Shown: piece after piece, positions 61,158 through 64,000 of the stretch | Numbering within the stretch: the first letter of the stretch is position 1 | Layout of the letters: every line of letters starts with the position of its first letter | Made by a program: the position numbers and the translations under genes | Assembly: GCA_963753345.1 (NCBI GenBank) | Contig: CAVWBU010000032.1 | Coordinates: forward strand, 1-64,000 | Source: an uncultured Fibrobacterota bacterium | Lineage (GTDB): Bacteria; Fibrobacterota; Chitinivibrionia; Chitinivibrionales; FEN-1185 | Direction of reading: 5' to 3' | DNA: 64,000 bases | The notes under the pieces: generated by a model | The model's database searches: none | Told to the model about the DNA's origin: nothing | The model's input: the letters and a program-made list of their open reading frames with translations, nothing else

Positions 61158-61960
61158 ATGGGGCGGCTTCTGCGTTTTGTAAACAGGATGGGCGACTGGG
61201 TTGTGTCGCTGTGCAGGACCGTGTTCGACGTCACCGGTCTTTTCTACGACATTCTCACCGTGCTCTTCGTGGGCGGCAGGCAGGGCATCGCCTCGTCCTT
61301 CAAGCAGATCGTGAGCCAGGTGCTGTTCACCGGCGTGGAGGCGTTCTGGCTCGTGGGCGTCATCGGCCTTCTGTGCGGCATCACCATCATCATCCAGGCC
61401 ATGACCAACATGCCCAAGTTCGGCGTGGGCGAGTATTTCGGCAACATCCTCATCATCGTTGTCATACGGGAACTCGGCCCGTTTTTCACTTCACTCGTGG
61501 TGGTGGGCAGGTCGGGCTCGGCGCTGGCAACGTACATCGGCAACATGCGCGTGTCAAAGGAGCTCTCGGCGCTCGAGGTGATGGGCATCGACCCGGTGCA
61601 TTTCATCGTGATGCCGGCGTTTGTGGGCATGGTGATTTCCATGGTGTGCCTGTCGGTATACTTCGACATCATCGCCATCATCGGCGGATACTTTATCGCG
61701 CAGGTCAAGGTGAGCGATCCCGTTCAGGTACTTTATGAGCACGGTGCTCGGCGCGCTGCACCCGTGGGACATCATCGAATCGGTCTTCAAGAACGTGATG
61801 TTCGGCGCGATCACCGCGCTGGTGAGCTGCCATTACGGCCTTGCGGTCACCAACACGCGCGAGTTGCCGCAGGCCGCGCTCAAGAGCGTGGTGAGCTGCA
61901 TGATCGTGACGCTCTTGATCAACATTCTGATAACGGTGAGCGTATTTTTGTATTCGTTAT
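61158..61960 (+). CDS. mlaE: MlaE-family ABC permease; frameshift near 61725
   Basis: IRELGP..VVGRSGSA..GNMRVSKELSALEVMGIDP; C-terminus in ORF 61735..61962. Confidence 0.85.
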
Positions 61961-62111
61961 GAGGGATAAGACAAGAATCACCCTAAAGGCACGTGGGACG
62001 CGGAGAAGAATGAGGTGACTGGTATGTTTTCAACTCTCAACTTTCAACTGTCAACTTTCAACTTGTTTGTCAGGGATACTGGAATTCTTTCAAAACATAA
62101 GTGTATGATAT

Positions 62112-62843
62112 ATGACTGACGCATTGCGGGTCGAGAACGTGCGGTTTTCGTTTGGCGGCGAGCCGCTGCTTGCGGGCGTGAGCCTGAGCGTGGCAACGGG
62201 CGGCATGCTTGCCATTGCCGGCCGAAGCGGATGCGGCAAGACCACGCTGCTGGAAATCTGCGCGAGCCTGCGGCAGCCGCAGGACGGTGCGGTGTTCTGG
62301 GACGGCGTGGAGCTGGCGACCCTGCCGCGCGCAGAGATAATGCGCAAGCGTCAAGGCATCGGCTATGTGTTCCAGAAGCACGCGCTCATTCACAACTTTA
62401 CGGTGTACGACAACGTCGCGCTGCCGCTGCGGTACCACCGGCACATGGCTGAGCATGATGTGCGGCGGGCGGTGCGCGCGTGCATGGAGGAGCTGGGGCT
62501 CCATGACGTTGACAAACGGTTTCCCAACGAGCTATCCGCTGCGGAGTCGCGGTGCGCCGCGATCGCGCGTGCCGTGGTGATGGGGCCGTCGCTGCTGTTC
62601 CTCGACGAGCCCACGTCGGGCGTGGACCCGGTGACCGCGGAGGCAATCGGCCGGGCGCTTTTGTCCATGAACGCATCGCGCAAGCTCACGGTTGTTGCCG
62701 CGTGCAACAACGTCGACGTTCTGAAAACGCTTTCGTGCCCGGTTGCGGTGCTCGACAGCGGCACGCTGCGCGACTACCGGGATGCCGCAGCGGCCCAGGG
62801 CGGGGGCGCGAACATGTTCAAGGTGTTACGGGAATCGTTATGA
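62112..62843 (+). CDS. mlaF: MlaF-family ABC ATPase
   Basis: GRSGCGKTT, GYVFQ, NVALPL, FLDEPTSGVDP. Confidence 0.85.
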   Translation: MTDALRVENVRFSFGGEPLLAGVSLSVATGGMLAIAGRSGCGKTTLLEICASLRQPQDGAVFWDGVELATLPRAEIMRKRQGIGYVFQKHALIHNFTVYDNVALPLRYHRHMAEHDVRRAVRACMEELGLHDVDKRFPNELSAAESRCAAIARAVVMGPSLLFLDEPTSGVDPVTAEAIGRALLSMNASRKLTVVAACNNVDVLKTLSCPVAVLDSGTLRDYRDAAAAQGGGANMFKVLRESL

Positions 62844-63769
62844 ATACAACGACCGACGACTTGCGGCTGACGGACGAGCCGTTCCACCGGAAGTACCGGA
62901 ACCTCTTTGTGGGGCTGTTTATCGCGGTCCCGCTCATGGTGCTGCCCGTCTTTCTCATCTACACGTTCTTCAGTTCCGACCTGTTTGCGAAATGGGATTA
63001 CCTGTATGTAAAGTACGAGACCGCGGGCGGCGTGGCGCCCAACGGCGCGGTCACCATCCTCGGCATGAACGTGGGCCGCATTGAGGACGTGTCGCTCAAC
63101 CCGGGCGGGTTTGTGGACGTTAAGCTCAAAATAAAGCGCGAGTACATGCCGTATGTAAGGCGCGACAGCAGGGCGCGGCTGCAGCAGAAAAACGTTGCCA
63201 TCGGCGACTGGGAAATAGACATTACCCGCGGCACCGTGGGCTCGTTGCCGGCGCAAAGCGGCGACACGCTCGCGTCCGAGGTGCAGGCGCCCATCGCTAA
63301 AACGCTTGACCAGGTGACAAAAACAGTGGAGACCCTCCAGAAAATATTGCAGAACATTCTCGACGGAAAAGGCACCGTTGGCCGGTTGATAAAGGAGGAC
63401 ACACTCATCAACGCGGCCAACAGCATAGCCAGAAACGCAAACGGCCTGGTGCTACGGGCATACGGAACGCTCGGCCGCGTGGACACCATCCTGGTTAAGG
63501 TGGCTGCCATCGGCGAAAAGGGCAAGGGCATTGCCGACTCGGTCGCGGGCCTCTCCTCGAAGGTTGGCAGGCTCATCACCGACGTCAACAGCCTTGTCAA
63601 CAGCATCCAGACCTCGGCGAAAGACCTTCCGTCTTTGATGAACAGGGTGCAGGCCGATCTGTCCGAGGTGGAGCTTATTCTAAAGGGCCTCCAGGCCAAC
63701 TTTTTGGTAAAGGGTTTCATCAACGGCCAGCCCGACCCGATGCTCAACGACAATCCGAAAACAAAATGA
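62840..63769 (+). CDS. mlaD: MlaD/MCE-family protein
   Basis: TM then GAVTILGMNVGRIEDV; GKGTVGRLI coiled region. Confidence 0.85.
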   Translation: MNTTTDDLRLTDEPFHRKYRNLFVGLFIAVPLMVLPVFLIYTFFSSDLFAKWDYLYVKYETAGGVAPNGAVTILGMNVGRIEDVSLNPGGFVDVKLKIKREYMPYVRRDSRARLQQKNVAIGDWEIDITRGTVGSLPAQSGDTLASEVQAPIAKTLDQVTKTVETLQKILQNILDGKGTVGRLIKEDTLINAANSIARNANGLVLRAYGTLGRVDTILVKVAAIGEKGKGIADSVAGLSSKVGRLITDVNSLVNSIQTSAKDLPSLMNRVQADLSEVELILKGLQANFLVKGFINGQPDPMLNDNPKTK

Positions 63770-64000
63770 CTTCGCGCATGACAAGACAACTCGTTTCACT
63801 TGCCGCCTGCGGCGCGGCGCTCCTCGCATGCTCGTGCGCGAATGCACTTGCAGGCAAACCGCCGCACTGGTCCAGCGGGTACGTGTTCGGTTCGCGGGGC
63901 GCGGCCAGCTTTTCCGAGGGAAAACTCGCGAGCGCGCTTGCCTTTTACGAAAAGGGCCTGAAACAGGCCGAAATCCACGACATTCCCGAGCAGGCGGGAC
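63766..64000 (+). CDS. TPR-like lipoprotein (partial, runs off window)
   Basis: LLACSC lipobox-like; GKLASALAFYEKGL. Confidence 0.55.
   Translation, partial: MTSRMTRQLVSLAACGAALLACSCANALAGKPPHWSSGYVFGSRGAASFSEGKLASALAFYEKGLKQAEIHDIPEQAG

Noticed and set aside
3027-61960. Numerous frameshifts (glt genes, nuoF, kinase, GH2 copy 2, ygiQ, SPL, aroD, trpD, mlaE) as pseudogenes or programmed frameshifting
   Set aside because: Scattered single-base indels hit housekeeping genes, with no in-frame stops and no shared slippery motif; most simply long-read consensus errors.

Overview
GC-rich anaerobic bacterial chromosome segment. A FISUMP domain, GH2 and discoidin proteins with C-terminal sorting-like tails and an Mla system suggest Fibrobacterota, possibly Chitinivibrionia-like; this is an inference. 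Many single-base frameshifts, even in trpD, aroD and mlaE, look like long-read consensus errors. (1) 0.1-21.6 kb: a co-oriented redox cluster, mvhD-metF-[split glutamate-synthase-like trio]-hdrA(N)/nuoE-nuoF-nuoG(N)/hdrA(C)-mvhD-metV-hdrC-hdrA-flxDCBA, with no hdrB in the window. One HdrA is cut in two by an inserted NuoEFG-like module. (2) 21.6-36.5 kb: accessory region with a RAYT transposase, an InlB-repeat/FISUMP lipoprotein, a discoidin protein, an AT-rich integron-like cassette array (two attC sites, no integrase), a Ser/Thr kinase and a toxin-antitoxin pair. (3) 36.5-46.6 kb: three tandem GH2 paralogues. (4) 46.6-64 kb: nfnAB, FN3, GT-C-like and LRR proteins, ygiQ, an SPL-like radical SAM, aroD, trpD, engB and mlaEFD. 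The most striking unexplained signal is a dispersed, modular, structure-conserved intergenic element: module A (~6 copies) and module B (~11 copies with compensatory stem changes). It marks the boundaries of gene and 3'-end duplications, and it and other hairpin repeats are flanked by strand-polarised C-depleted/G-depleted tracts.
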